Below, one piece after another: positions 16,627-24,000 of a stretch of DNA of 24,000 nucleotides. The translations under genes were made by a program, and so were the position numbers. The notes below the pieces were generated by a model. It had not been told where the DNA came from, searched no databases, and saw only the letters and a program-made list of their open reading frames with translations. This stretch comes from Rhizobium phage RHEph22. The stretch lies in sequence record MW980071.1; one strand, 5' to 3'. Every line of letters begins with the position of its first letter. Position 1 is the first letter of the stretch.

Positions 16627-17002
16627 AAGCTCAGGGTTTCGATACGAGTTGGGGGAACTCGTTACATGGTGCCAACGTGCAGAAAATTTGTGTAGAACCA
16701 ACGAGGATCGGATTGCGGTTCTTGACTCATTTCTTCGGGGCGTAGAAGACCTACGAACCAAATACGGGCTCAACACTAAGAAGCTCGGTCGCTCTTATAA
16801 AAGGAAGAAAATACGTGACGACAGAAAACACCCTGAATCAGACGCTTCTCTGGTTCCAGAAGGCAATCCCGAATCCGCAGCCCAAGAATGTGAGTACCCA
16901 AGTGGGTGTCCACTTCGAGGAGGTTGCCGAGATGCTTGCTACGCTCGACAGCAAGGACCTAGAGACGCATCAGGCGATGCTGACAGCACAAGCTGCCCTT
17001 AA
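16619..17002 (+). CDS. Putative ORF overlapping the MazG-like gene; extent uncertain
   Basis: GTG 16619 (VSKSSGFRYELGELVTWCQRAENLCRTNEDRIAVLDSFLRGVEDLRTKYGLNTKKLGRSYKRKK...) fills the gap and overlaps the upstream stop. The frame stays open to 17002, 188 nt into the MazG-like gene. Confidence 0.42.
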   Translation: MSKSSGFRYELGELVTWCQRAENLCRTNEDRIAVLDSFLRGVEDLRTKYGLNTKKLGRSYKRKKIRDDRKHPESDASLVPEGNPESAAQECEYPSGCPLRGGCRDACYARQQGPRDASGDADSTSCP

Positions 17003-17264
17003 GCACCTGTCCACGCTCCTGAAGGAACGTGGTGATCTGCTGATTGATGATCGGTACGAATTTGCCGATTCCATCGGTGATCAGCTAGTGACAGCGGTAG
17101 GCTCAGCGCATATGCTGGGCATGAATGCTGTTGATATCCTCAGGGAAGTTAATCGTTCGAACTTCTCTAAATTCGATGAAAATGGTAATCCCATTTTCGA
17201 CCAGAATCTGAAGGTGATGAAAGGCCCCTTGTATACCAAGGTGGATCTGAATCCGTTCATCTGA
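16815..17264 (+). CDS. MazG-like/PRA-PH-like nucleotide pyrophosphohydrolase family protein
   Basis: GTG start with AAGGAAG upstream. VGVHFEEVAEML...RYEFADSIGDQLVTAVGSAHMLGMNAVDILREVNRSNFSKFDENGNPI. Confidence 0.82.
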   Translation: MTTENTLNQTLLWFQKAIPNPQPKNVSTQVGVHFEEVAEMLATLDSKDLETHQAMLTAQAALKHLSTLLKERGDLLIDDRYEFADSIGDQLVTAVGSAHMLGMNAVDILREVNRSNFSKFDENGNPIFDQNLKVMKGPLYTKVDLNPFI

Positions 17265-17298
17265 TCTCCCCTCGCTGCTCGGAGGGTTGAGGTCGATA

Positions 17299-17330
17299 GG
17301 GGGTTGTTGGAGTCGTCGCCAGCAACCCCC
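17299..17330 (+). terminator. Strong intergenic hairpin, possible terminator or processing site
   Basis: GGGGGTTGTTGG-AGTCGTCG-CCAGCAACCCCC, 12-bp stem with one G-U pair, followed by ATTAATTTT. Confidence 0.6.
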
Positions 17331-17350
17331 ATTAATTTTGTGAGGAAAAC

Positions 17351-18667
17351 ATGACAGACACCTTTACCCCAAATAAGGGGCAAGCAGACGCCATTGACAA
17401 GTTCATGGGGTTTCTCTTTCAGCCTACAATTGGCTTTAATATCTCCGGTCCAGCAGGTACCGGCAAAACAGCTACGATGAAACATTTCATCGACAAGACC
17501 ATTCCTGCTTATCAGGAAACCTGCAAACTCATGGGTATCAAGCCTGAGTTTGAGGAAGTGGTCATGACTGCCACAACGAATAAGGCAGCAGAAGTGCTCT
17601 CAAGAGCCACCAAATACCCCACCCAAACAATTCATTCGTTCCTTAATCTGAAGGTCACTGAGGATTATTCGAACGGTACGATGCGTCTTACCAAGACCAC
17701 TGGTTTCAGGGTACATGGTAGGAAGATCATCTTTGTTGATGAGGCTTCCATGGTTGACACCTCTCTGTTTAACTTCCTTCAGGAAGGTACCGAGAAGTGC
17801 AAGATCGTCTTCGTAGGCGACATGGATCAGCTTTCTCCAATCTATGAGAAAATCTCTCCTGCCTATACCCAAGGCTATGACACTGTAGAACTTACAGAGC
17901 AGATGCGTAACAATACGCAACCTGCCCTCATGGATCTCTGTGCACAGCTTCGTGAGACTGTCAGAACAGGTGTATTCAAGCCTATTAAGCTTGTCCCTGG
18001 TGTCATTGACTACATTGGTTCAGATGATGAACTGATGGAGGGTCTTAACTACCTCTTCAAGGAACCAACGAAGGACCACCGAGTCCTTGCCTACACGAAT
18101 GCTCGTGTACGTGCTTACAATCATGAGATTCGTAAGCTTCGTGGTCTGTCTGAAGAGTTCACTCTTGGTGAAACCCTGATCGCTAACCAACCTTTCAAGG
18201 CATCGAACGGTGTTCAGTTCTCTGCTGAGGAAGAGGTTAAGATCACTCGTATGACCAAGCAGCATGAAGAAATTGAAATCATTCCAGGCGTTAAGTTCAA
18301 GTACAACGTTTGTGATGTATCCAACTTCTTTGGCGATACGATTCGTGATCTCAAGATTCCAGTAGATATGGAACACTATTATGAGATCATCAAATACTTT
18401 GCTAGAGAGAAGAACTGGACTCAGTACTTCAATATGAAGACTCTTTACCCAGATCTTCGTACTCGTGATGCAGCAACTACACACAAGGCCCAAGGATCTA
18501 CCTATGAATCGGTGATCATCGATTTGGATGACATCTCTTCTTGCAGGGATCCAGATCAAGCAGCCCGTCTGCTTTATGTGGCATTTTCCCGAGCCAAGGA
18601 ACGAGTATATATCCGAGGAGACCTTGCCGCCAAGTTTGGGGGTCTCGATGGTTCTTCGTACTATTAA
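17351..18667 (+). CDS. Dda/RecD-type superfamily 1 DNA helicase (N4 gp37-like)
   Basis: FNISGPAGTGKTATM, TATTNKAAEVL, KIIFVDEASMVD, IVFVGDMDQLSPI, TTHKAQGSTYE and LLYVAFSRAKERVYI. Confidence 0.94.
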   Translation: MTDTFTPNKGQADAIDKFMGFLFQPTIGFNISGPAGTGKTATMKHFIDKTIPAYQETCKLMGIKPEFEEVVMTATTNKAAEVLSRATKYPTQTIHSFLNLKVTEDYSNGTMRLTKTTGFRVHGRKIIFVDEASMVDTSLFNFLQEGTEKCKIVFVGDMDQLSPIYEKISPAYTQGYDTVELTEQMRNNTQPALMDLCAQLRETVRTGVFKPIKLVPGVIDYIGSDDELMEGLNYLFKEPTKDHRVLAYTNARVRAYNHEIRKLRGLSEEFTLGETLIANQPFKASNGVQFSAEEEVKITRMTKQHEEIEIIPGVKFKYNVCDVSNFFGDTIRDLKIPVDMEHYYEIIKYFAREKNWTQYFNMKTLYPDLRTRDAATTHKAQGSTYESVIIDLDDISSCRDPDQAARLLYVAFSRAKERVYIRGDLAAKFGGLDGSSYY

Positions 18668-19169
18668 CTCACAGTACTACATCAATACAATTATTGGTGC
18701 TCTGGTTACCCCAGATGAGGAACGTCTTAAGGCTCTCTCCGTAAAGCTCGTTCAAAAGAATGCAGCATTGGGGGAGAAGCCTGATGGGTTCTTCTACAAG
18801 GGTAGGGTCTTCTATGATGTAGACCCTAAGCTTTATGGTAAAGCTTCCAAAGGAAACCTGCATCCCTCTCTTTACGATGAGGGGGATCTAATAGTAAGAC
18901 AACTCGACAAGGTAGCTAAAGACGCGGATTATATCCGGCAGTTCCTAGCTCTTTCCTTCATCGCTATCAATGCAAATGCCATGCAACAGTGGAACATTCA
19001 GGATCTCAGGGATGTCCTCTGTGAGGGTGTCATTGACTTGGTACCTGAACTACGGGGACTTCCTAGAACTCGTCCTGAAGGTTTCTGCGTGTCCAAGGAG
19101 CATAGAGAGCAGTGGGAAAAGCGTAAGGCTATTGTCGAAGAATACATTGCGATGAGGTTCTTTATATAA
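18648..19169 (+). CDS. Hypothetical protein between helicase and polymerase
   Basis: The track opens at 18528 inside the helicase gene. ATG 18648 (MVLRTINSQYYINTIIGAL...) gives a 20-nt overlap. Stop overlaps the polymerase ATG by 1 nt (TAATG). Confidence 0.78.
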   Translation: MVLRTINSQYYINTIIGALVTPDEERLKALSVKLVQKNAALGEKPDGFFYKGRVFYDVDPKLYGKASKGNLHPSLYDEGDLIVRQLDKVAKDADYIRQFLALSFIAINANAMQQWNIQDLRDVLCEGVIDLVPELRGLPRTRPEGFCVSKEHREQWEKRKAIVEEYIAMRFFI

Positions 19170-21742
19170 TGAAGTACCATACTTGGAACCAAGTGGGAGG
19201 CGGATATAGTATCTGCCTCCTGGTTCAAGAAATCAGAGAAGAGGAACTTCGACGTGCTTATCTGGAGCCTTTCAATCTTAATTTGGACGGTGTTCTTGTT
19301 ATTGAACAACACAGGAATCCCGAAGCTAAAAAGACCCCTCAGAAAGAAATCAAAGCTTGGATCCAGAGTGAACTGGTAGAAGTTCTAACAGAACAGCAAG
19401 TTCAATATGTGGTCGTAGACCAAGCTGAATATTTCAAAGTCCTCACCAAACAGTCTAATGCTGAACCTTGGTTCGGTTATGTTATGGATTCTGTTTATGG
19501 GGATTTCAAAGTCATCTATGTGCCCTCATTCAGGTCTATTTTCTATGATCCTGATAAGAGGAAGGGGCAGATCAAGCTTGGTATCGATGCTCTGATCTCT
19601 CATGCTCAAGGACAGTATGAGGAACCAGGAACAGGCATCATTCAGTATTCTGTTTATCCAAGATCCGTTCAGGAAATTCAGAAATTCCTAGACCATCTTC
19701 TGGAGTCTTATGATGTCCTCAGTGCCGATATTGAAGGCTTCGGTCTCAAGCACTACGATAGCGGTATCGGCACAATCGCTTTTGCGTGGAATCAGCATGA
19801 AGGAGGAGCCTTCCCTATTGATCTACTCACCGAGGGATCAGGAGAAGCTAGACACATTCTACGGGATTTCTTTATCCAATTCCGAGACAAAGGAGGAAAG
19901 CTTATATGGCACCATATCTCCTTTGACGTCTATGTGCTCATATACCAACTCTTTATGGATGATCTACTGGACACAGAAGGTCTTCTCAGAGGAATGGATA
20001 TCCTCCTTGATAATTGGGATGACACCAAACTTATCACTTATCTGGCAACGAATAGCTGTGCTGGAAACGATCTAAGTCTCAAGTTCCAAGCACAGGAATA
20101 TGCTGGAAACTACGCTGTAGAAGAGATCAAGGATATCATCAAGATACCCCTTGAAGAACTGCTTCAGTACAATCTAGTGGATGCCCTATCCACTTGGTAT
20201 GTTTACAACAAGCATTACCAGACAATGATCAACGATCAACAGGAAGAGATCTATAACACGATCTTTAAACCTGCCATCAAAGACATTGTTCAAATGCAGT
20301 TGACCGGTCTCCCAGTCAACATGGAACGGGTTAAGGAAGTCAAAGCAATCCTTGAAGCTGATGAAGCTAAGGCTATTGCTAAGATCACTGCTCACCCAGT
20401 TGTTGCTCAGTACATCTCTGTTCGTAATGAACGATGGGTTATTGAGAAAAACGAAAAGCTCAAGAAGAAGCGAGTTACACTTGCGGACGCTAATGAGACT
20501 TTCAATCCTGGTTCAGGAGATCAGCTTGCTGAAGTTTTATACGATCTCTTGGCACTACCTGTTCTAGAGAGAACTGATTCAGGTGGTAAGAGTACTGGAC
20601 AAGATGTCATTAAGAAACTGAGAGCCTATACACAGGATCCTGTGACACTCTCATTCTTAGAAGGTCTCATTGAATATGCTGAAGTATCGATTCTGCTATC
20701 AACCTTCATACCTGCTTTCCTCCGTGCAAGGCAGGGACCTGACGGATGGCATTATCTGTTTGGGAACTTTAACCTTGGTGGAACTGTTTCTGGGCGTTTG
20801 TCTAGCAATGGTCCTAATCTACAGAATCTGCCTGCTACTGGATCCAGGTACGCCAAGCTTATCAAAACGATCTTCTCTGCTCCTCGCGGTTGGCTTTTTG
20901 TGGGTCTTGATTTTGCTTCTCTTGAGGATCGCATTTCGGCTTTAACCACCAAAGATCCACAGAAACTGAAGGTATATACCGATGGGTATGACGGACATTG
21001 CCTTAGGGCTCATGCTTACTTTGGAGACCGTATGCCTGATATTGATCCTTCTTCTGTTGAGTCCATCAACTCGATCAAGGACAAATATCCCAAGGAAAGA
21101 CAGGACTCCAAGGTTCCTACATTCAGTCTTACCTATGCTGGTACCTTCATCACCATCATGGCTTCATGCGGGTTCACAAAGGAACTCGCTCAACAGATCG
21201 AGCGTAATTACCACGTTCTGTATGCTCACAGTGATCAGTGGGTTGCTGACAAGCTCGATGCTGCCTCCCGTGATGGTTACGTTACTGTTGCTTTTGGCCT
21301 TCGTGTTCGTACCCCTCTTCTGGCTCAAGTCATCAGAGGAACCAAGGGAACTCCCCATGAAGCCAATGCAGAGGGGAGAACAGCAGGTAATGCATTGGGA
21401 CAATCCTGGTGCCTTCTCAACTCCCGTGCAGGATCTGAGTTTATGGGCGGTGTTAGAACAAGCAGGTTCCGACTGGACATTAAGCCTTGCGCCCAAATCC
21501 ATGACGCAAACTATCTCCTCATCAGGGATGACCTTCAAGTCTTGCAATACACCAACGAACATCTTGTTAGAGCTTCTGAATGGCAAGACCATCCAGATAT
21601 CAAACATCCGGATGTTGGGTTGGGAGGCGAAGTTTCAATCTTCTATCCCGACTGGTCAAAAGAATGCGTGATTCCTAATCACGCCTCACCTGAGAAGATC
21701 CAAGAGGTCATCTCCAAACACATGGAAAAATTAGCAGCATGA
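19169..21742 (+). CDS. Family A DNA polymerase with 3'-5' exonuclease domain
   Basis: Exo I-like LSADIEGF, Exo II-like HHISFD, Exo III-like YNLVDAL; polymerase motif A LDFASLEDRI, motif B-like RQDSKVPTFSLTYAG, motif C IHDANY. Confidence 0.94.
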   Translation: MKYHTWNQVGGGYSICLLVQEIREEELRRAYLEPFNLNLDGVLVIEQHRNPEAKKTPQKEIKAWIQSELVEVLTEQQVQYVVVDQAEYFKVLTKQSNAEPWFGYVMDSVYGDFKVIYVPSFRSIFYDPDKRKGQIKLGIDALISHAQGQYEEPGTGIIQYSVYPRSVQEIQKFLDHLLESYDVLSADIEGFGLKHYDSGIGTIAFAWNQHEGGAFPIDLLTEGSGEARHILRDFFIQFRDKGGKLIWHHISFDVYVLIYQLFMDDLLDTEGLLRGMDILLDNWDDTKLITYLATNSCAGNDLSLKFQAQEYAGNYAVEEIKDIIKIPLEELLQYNLVDALSTWYVYNKHYQTMINDQQEEIYNTIFKPAIKDIVQMQLTGLPVNMERVKEVKAILEADEAKAIAKITAHPVVAQYISVRNERWVIEKNEKLKKKRVTLADANETFNPGSGDQLAEVLYDLLALPVLERTDSGGKSTGQDVIKKLRAYTQDPVTLSFLEGLIEYAEVSILLSTFIPAFLRARQGPDGWHYLFGNFNLGGTVSGRLSSNGPNLQNLPATGSRYAKLIKTIFSAPRGWLFVGLDFASLEDRISALTTKDPQKLKVYTDGYDGHCLRAHAYFGDRMPDIDPSSVESINSIKDKYPKERQDSKVPTFSLTYAGTFITIMASCGFTKELAQQIERNYHVLYAHSDQWVADKLDAASRDGYVTVAFGLRVRTPLLAQVIRGTKGTPHEANAEGRTAGNALGQSWCLLNSRAGSEFMGGVRTSRFRLDIKPCAQIHDANYLLIRDDLQVLQYTNEHLVRASEWQDHPDIKHPDVGLGGEVSIFYPDWSKECVIPNHASPEKIQEVISKHMEKLAA

Positions 21743-22113
21743 CAAGCGTTAAAGCACCAATCAAACGTGATCATTTCCGCTTCTGGGCAGGCGAAGTCAC
21801 CATGGTTATTGATGGTGGTAATGGGGAACTTACCCCACTTACCCTCAAGACCAACGCCATGACCATTGTCAAAGACAAGGAATTGATCACTCCAAACGAT
21901 ATCGCCAAGGCTCAACAGACCCTTCAGGTATCGATATACAAGACCATGGGCGAAGAGTTCGCCAAGGTTAAGGATGTTCTCTCAGTGACCATCCTGTTTA
22001 CCGCATACATGGGTTACCTGAGCCAAGAACAATTGGCTATCACTGTTCAGCAACAAGCAGTGGATACCAAAGAAGGTCACCCACCTGCTGCAAATGATCC
22101 GTATTCCAAATGA
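21739..22113 (+). CDS. Hypothetical protein
   Basis: 124 aa; ATGA overlap with polymerase and 4-nt overlap with the next gene. Confidence 0.82.
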   Translation: MTSVKAPIKRDHFRFWAGEVTMVIDGGNGELTPLTLKTNAMTIVKDKELITPNDIAKAQQTLQVSIYKTMGEEFAKVKDVLSVTILFTAYMGYLSQEQLAITVQQQAVDTKEGHPPAANDPYSK

Positions 22114-22637
22114 GGAATGTGATCATCATTAATGGGTATCCTCAATCAGGTAAGGATACATTTGCCAATGAGGTGATTGATTATCTGACCAATTATGATT
22201 GGTCAGGTGCTAACATCTCGTCTATCAAACCAGTTTGGGAAATGCTGAAAGCACAAGGCATTCCCATGGACAATAAAACTCCAGCAGAACGGGCTCTGGC
22301 AGCGGAAGTAAAGGCAGCGTTGAATCGCTATAATCGCTTTGCTGATAGGATGGCGTGCTTTACTGTAGTCGATAGTTTGGCACAAAATAATTCTATCACT
22401 TTTCTGCATATCCGTGAGCCTGATTCTATTGCTTATTGCAGAAGAACCCTTGCAATTTACAATAATCTGGAAGTCAAAACTCTGTTCATTGACCGTCCAG
22501 GTGCAAACAAACGCATGGGCAATCCGGTAGATGAGGGTGTGGAAAACTACATCTACGACTTTCGGATTACTAATAGTGGTAGCTTGAATGACTTCAAGGC
22601 ACAAGCTATTGAGTTTGCTAAGAAATTTGTCGCCTAA
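22110..22637 (+). CDS. P-loop deoxynucleoside monophosphate kinase-like protein
   Basis: MRNVIIINGYPQSGKDTFANEV (Walker A), HIREPDSI and FIDRPG...; resembles phage dNMP kinases. Confidence 0.72.
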   Translation: MRNVIIINGYPQSGKDTFANEVIDYLTNYDWSGANISSIKPVWEMLKAQGIPMDNKTPAERALAAEVKAALNRYNRFADRMACFTVVDSLAQNNSITFLHIREPDSIAYCRRTLAIYNNLEVKTLFIDRPGANKRMGNPVDEGVENYIYDFRITNSGSLNDFKAQAIEFAKKFVA

Positions 22638-22644
22638 GACAGAT

Positions 22645-22689
22645 TTCCCTTGAACCAAAGAGGGAAGGGGGATACATCATCCTTCCCTC
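22645..22689 (+). promoter_or_regulatory. Two mutually exclusive hairpins in a short leader
   Basis: TTCCCT (22645-22650) can pair with AGGGAA (22661-22666), or GAGGGAAGG (22660-22668) can pair with CCTTCCCTC (22681-22689). Confidence 0.5.
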
Positions 22690-22706
22690 AATTAAGGGCA
22701 TCTCCA

Positions 22707-23696
22707 ATGAAAATTAACAATGTGCGGAACATCTCCGTACCTATTGCTGTATGGTTGGTCTCTGATGACTACGATTACATCAACGACCCCAAATACATCT
22801 CTGCAACAACCCTTCTAAAGCCCATCAAACAGATCATTCTAGGTAACCGTTTCAAGGTTCTAGGTGGTCAGATGGAAGCTGATGTAGAGGATTTCATATC
22901 CTCTCGTATGGGTACCGCCATTCACGATGCTATCGAGAAGGCATGGACCACAAACAAGGATAAGGCCCTAGCCCGTCTGGGCTATCCTGAGAAGATCAGG
23001 GAACGTGTGGTTATCAATCCATCCCCAGAATTCCTTGAAGAACATCCTAACACTGTACCGGTTTATCTGGAACAGAGGTTCTTCAAAGAACTTGCTGGAT
23101 GGAAGATTGGTGGCAAGATCGATGTGATCTTGGAAGGAGCATACCATGACACGAAAAGTACATCGGTATATTCCTACATCCTTGGCTCTAAGGATGAGTA
23201 TTACATCGGTCAAGGGTCTATCTATCGTTGGCTTGCACCAGACAAGATTACTGAAGATAGAATCCATATTGAATTCATCTTTACGGACTGGTCGAAAGCT
23301 GAGGCAAGACGTAAACCCAATGATTACCCCCAGAGCCGATATCATCAATATACGCTTTCTCTGATGTCCTATGAGGATACTGAGAAGTGGTTAACCCAAA
23401 AGCTTAATACCCTGACAAGGTTGTGGAATGCTCCAGAAGAGCAGATCCCTCCTTGTACAGATGAGGAGCTTTGGAGAGGCAAGACAGCCTGGAAATATTA
23501 TTCAGATGCTGCCAAAGCGAATGATCCAACAGCACGATCTTCAAAAAACTTTGATGACCCTGTGCAAGCTAACATCTACTGGCAACAGGAGAAGGGCGGC
23601 AAAGGAACTGTGAAAACAGTACCAGGGGAAGTCAAAGCATGTGGTTACTGTGCCGCATATGAAATCTGCAAACAGAGATTGGCTTACGATGTATGA
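22707..23696 (+). CDS. PD-(D/E)XK-family (RecB/Cas4-like) nuclease with C-terminal Cys cluster
   Basis: GTAIHDAIEKAW, GWKIGGKIDVILEGAYHDTKST, YPQSRYHQYTLSL, CGYCAAYEIC. ATG 22707 has AAGGG 8 nt upstream; the track start at 22650 lies in the leader hairpins. Confidence 0.82.
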   Translation: MKINNVRNISVPIAVWLVSDDYDYINDPKYISATTLLKPIKQIILGNRFKVLGGQMEADVEDFISSRMGTAIHDAIEKAWTTNKDKALARLGYPEKIRERVVINPSPEFLEEHPNTVPVYLEQRFFKELAGWKIGGKIDVILEGAYHDTKSTSVYSYILGSKDEYYIGQGSIYRWLAPDKITEDRIHIEFIFTDWSKAEARRKPNDYPQSRYHQYTLSLMSYEDTEKWLTQKLNTLTRLWNAPEEQIPPCTDEELWRGKTAWKYYSDAAKANDPTARSSKNFDDPVQANIYWQQEKGGKGTVKTVPGEVKACGYCAAYEICKQRLAYDV

Positions 23697-24000
23697 TCTA
23701 ACAGGTGTCAATCACCATCCTGTGATCGCTGAGATCATGGGTGTTCTTGGCAATAAGCTACAGAACAAGGATGAGTCTTTTTTTAGGGTTGAAATTGCCT
23801 ATTTCATCTCGAAAATAGCCTCTACAATGAGAGCCAAGATCCTCACGAAAGACCGTGGGGAAATCCCCGTCAACACCTATGTGCTTGCTCTGGCAAACTC
23901 TGGTTTTGGTAAGGGGCACTCAGTCAACATCATCGAAGACGAGATCCTGAAGGGATTCCGTACTCGTTTTATGGAAGACACATTCAAAATTATCTCAGAG
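23689..24000 (+). CDS. N4 gp43-like replication protein, 5' portion only
   Basis: MYDLTGVNHHPVIAEIMGVLGNKLQNKDESFFRVEIAYFISKIASTMRAKILTKDRGEIPVNTYVLALANSGFGKGHSVNIIEDEILKGF..., open to the window end, 8-nt overlap with the upstream gene. Not in the ORF track. Confidence 0.82.
   Translation, partial: MYDLTGVNHHPVIAEIMGVLGNKLQNKDESFFRVEIAYFISKIASTMRAKILTKDRGEIPVNTYVLALANSGFGKGHSVNIIEDEILKGFRTRFMEDTFKIISE

Noticed and set aside
17600-18559. Minus-strand ORFs of 106 and 179 aa opposite the helicase
   Set aside because: The helicase frame has a complete ordered motif set; these are antisense by-products of its codon usage.
18528-18647. N-terminal extension of the post-helicase ORF
   Set aside because: The interval encodes the conserved C-terminal helicase motif LLYVAFSRAKERVYI in another frame; ATG 18648 is more credible.
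20982-21671. 229-aa plus-strand ORF in another frame inside the DNA polymerase
   Set aside because: The polymerase frame encodes motifs A, B and C over this interval. The alternative product is Leu/Ser-rich low-quality sequence.
22650-22706. N-terminal extension MNQRGKGDTSSFPQLRASP of the nuclease
   Set aside because: Falls in the hairpin leader. ATG 22707 has AAGGG at good spacing.
1-24000. CRISPR arrays, transposons or integrases, and toxin-antitoxin or retron-like loci
   Set aside because: I saw no regularly spaced direct repeats, no transposase/integrase motifs and no reverse-transcriptase YxDD protein. The genes present fit a standard lytic phage replication block.

Overview
The window looks like part of a lytic podovirus genome resembling the N4-like group (Schitoviridae). 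All credible genes are on the + strand, tightly packed and often overlapping by 1-8 nt. The taxonomic assignment is inferred from gene content and order and was not checked by database search. From left to right: the 3' end of an upstream CDS and a C(UUCG)G-capped terminator; a surface/host-recognition cassette (a cadherin/Ig-like plus lectin-like 678-aa protein, a beta-helix 792-aa protein, and an Ig/BIG2 small protein); small conserved ORFs; a MoxR-type AAA ATPase followed by a protein with HExxH and VWA-like motifs; a dCTP deaminase-like protein; a DUF3307-like membrane protein; thymidylate synthase; rIIA-like and rIIB-like proteins; a MazG-like protein; a Dda/RecD-type helicase; family A DNA polymerase; a dNMP kinase-like protein; a PD-(D/E)XK nuclease with a Cys cluster; and the start of an N4 gp43-like protein. 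The most interesting observations are: an N-terminal module shared by two surface proteins of different architecture; a ~180-nt noncoding, potentially multibranched RNA before the AAA gene; strong or mutually exclusive hairpins in nearly every real intergenic gap; an unlisted 36-aa membrane microprotein; tandem ~40-aa repeats in the rIIB-like C-terminus; and an ORF overlapping the MazG-like gene by 188 nt. I found no convincing tRNA, CRISPR array, transposon or novel defence locus.
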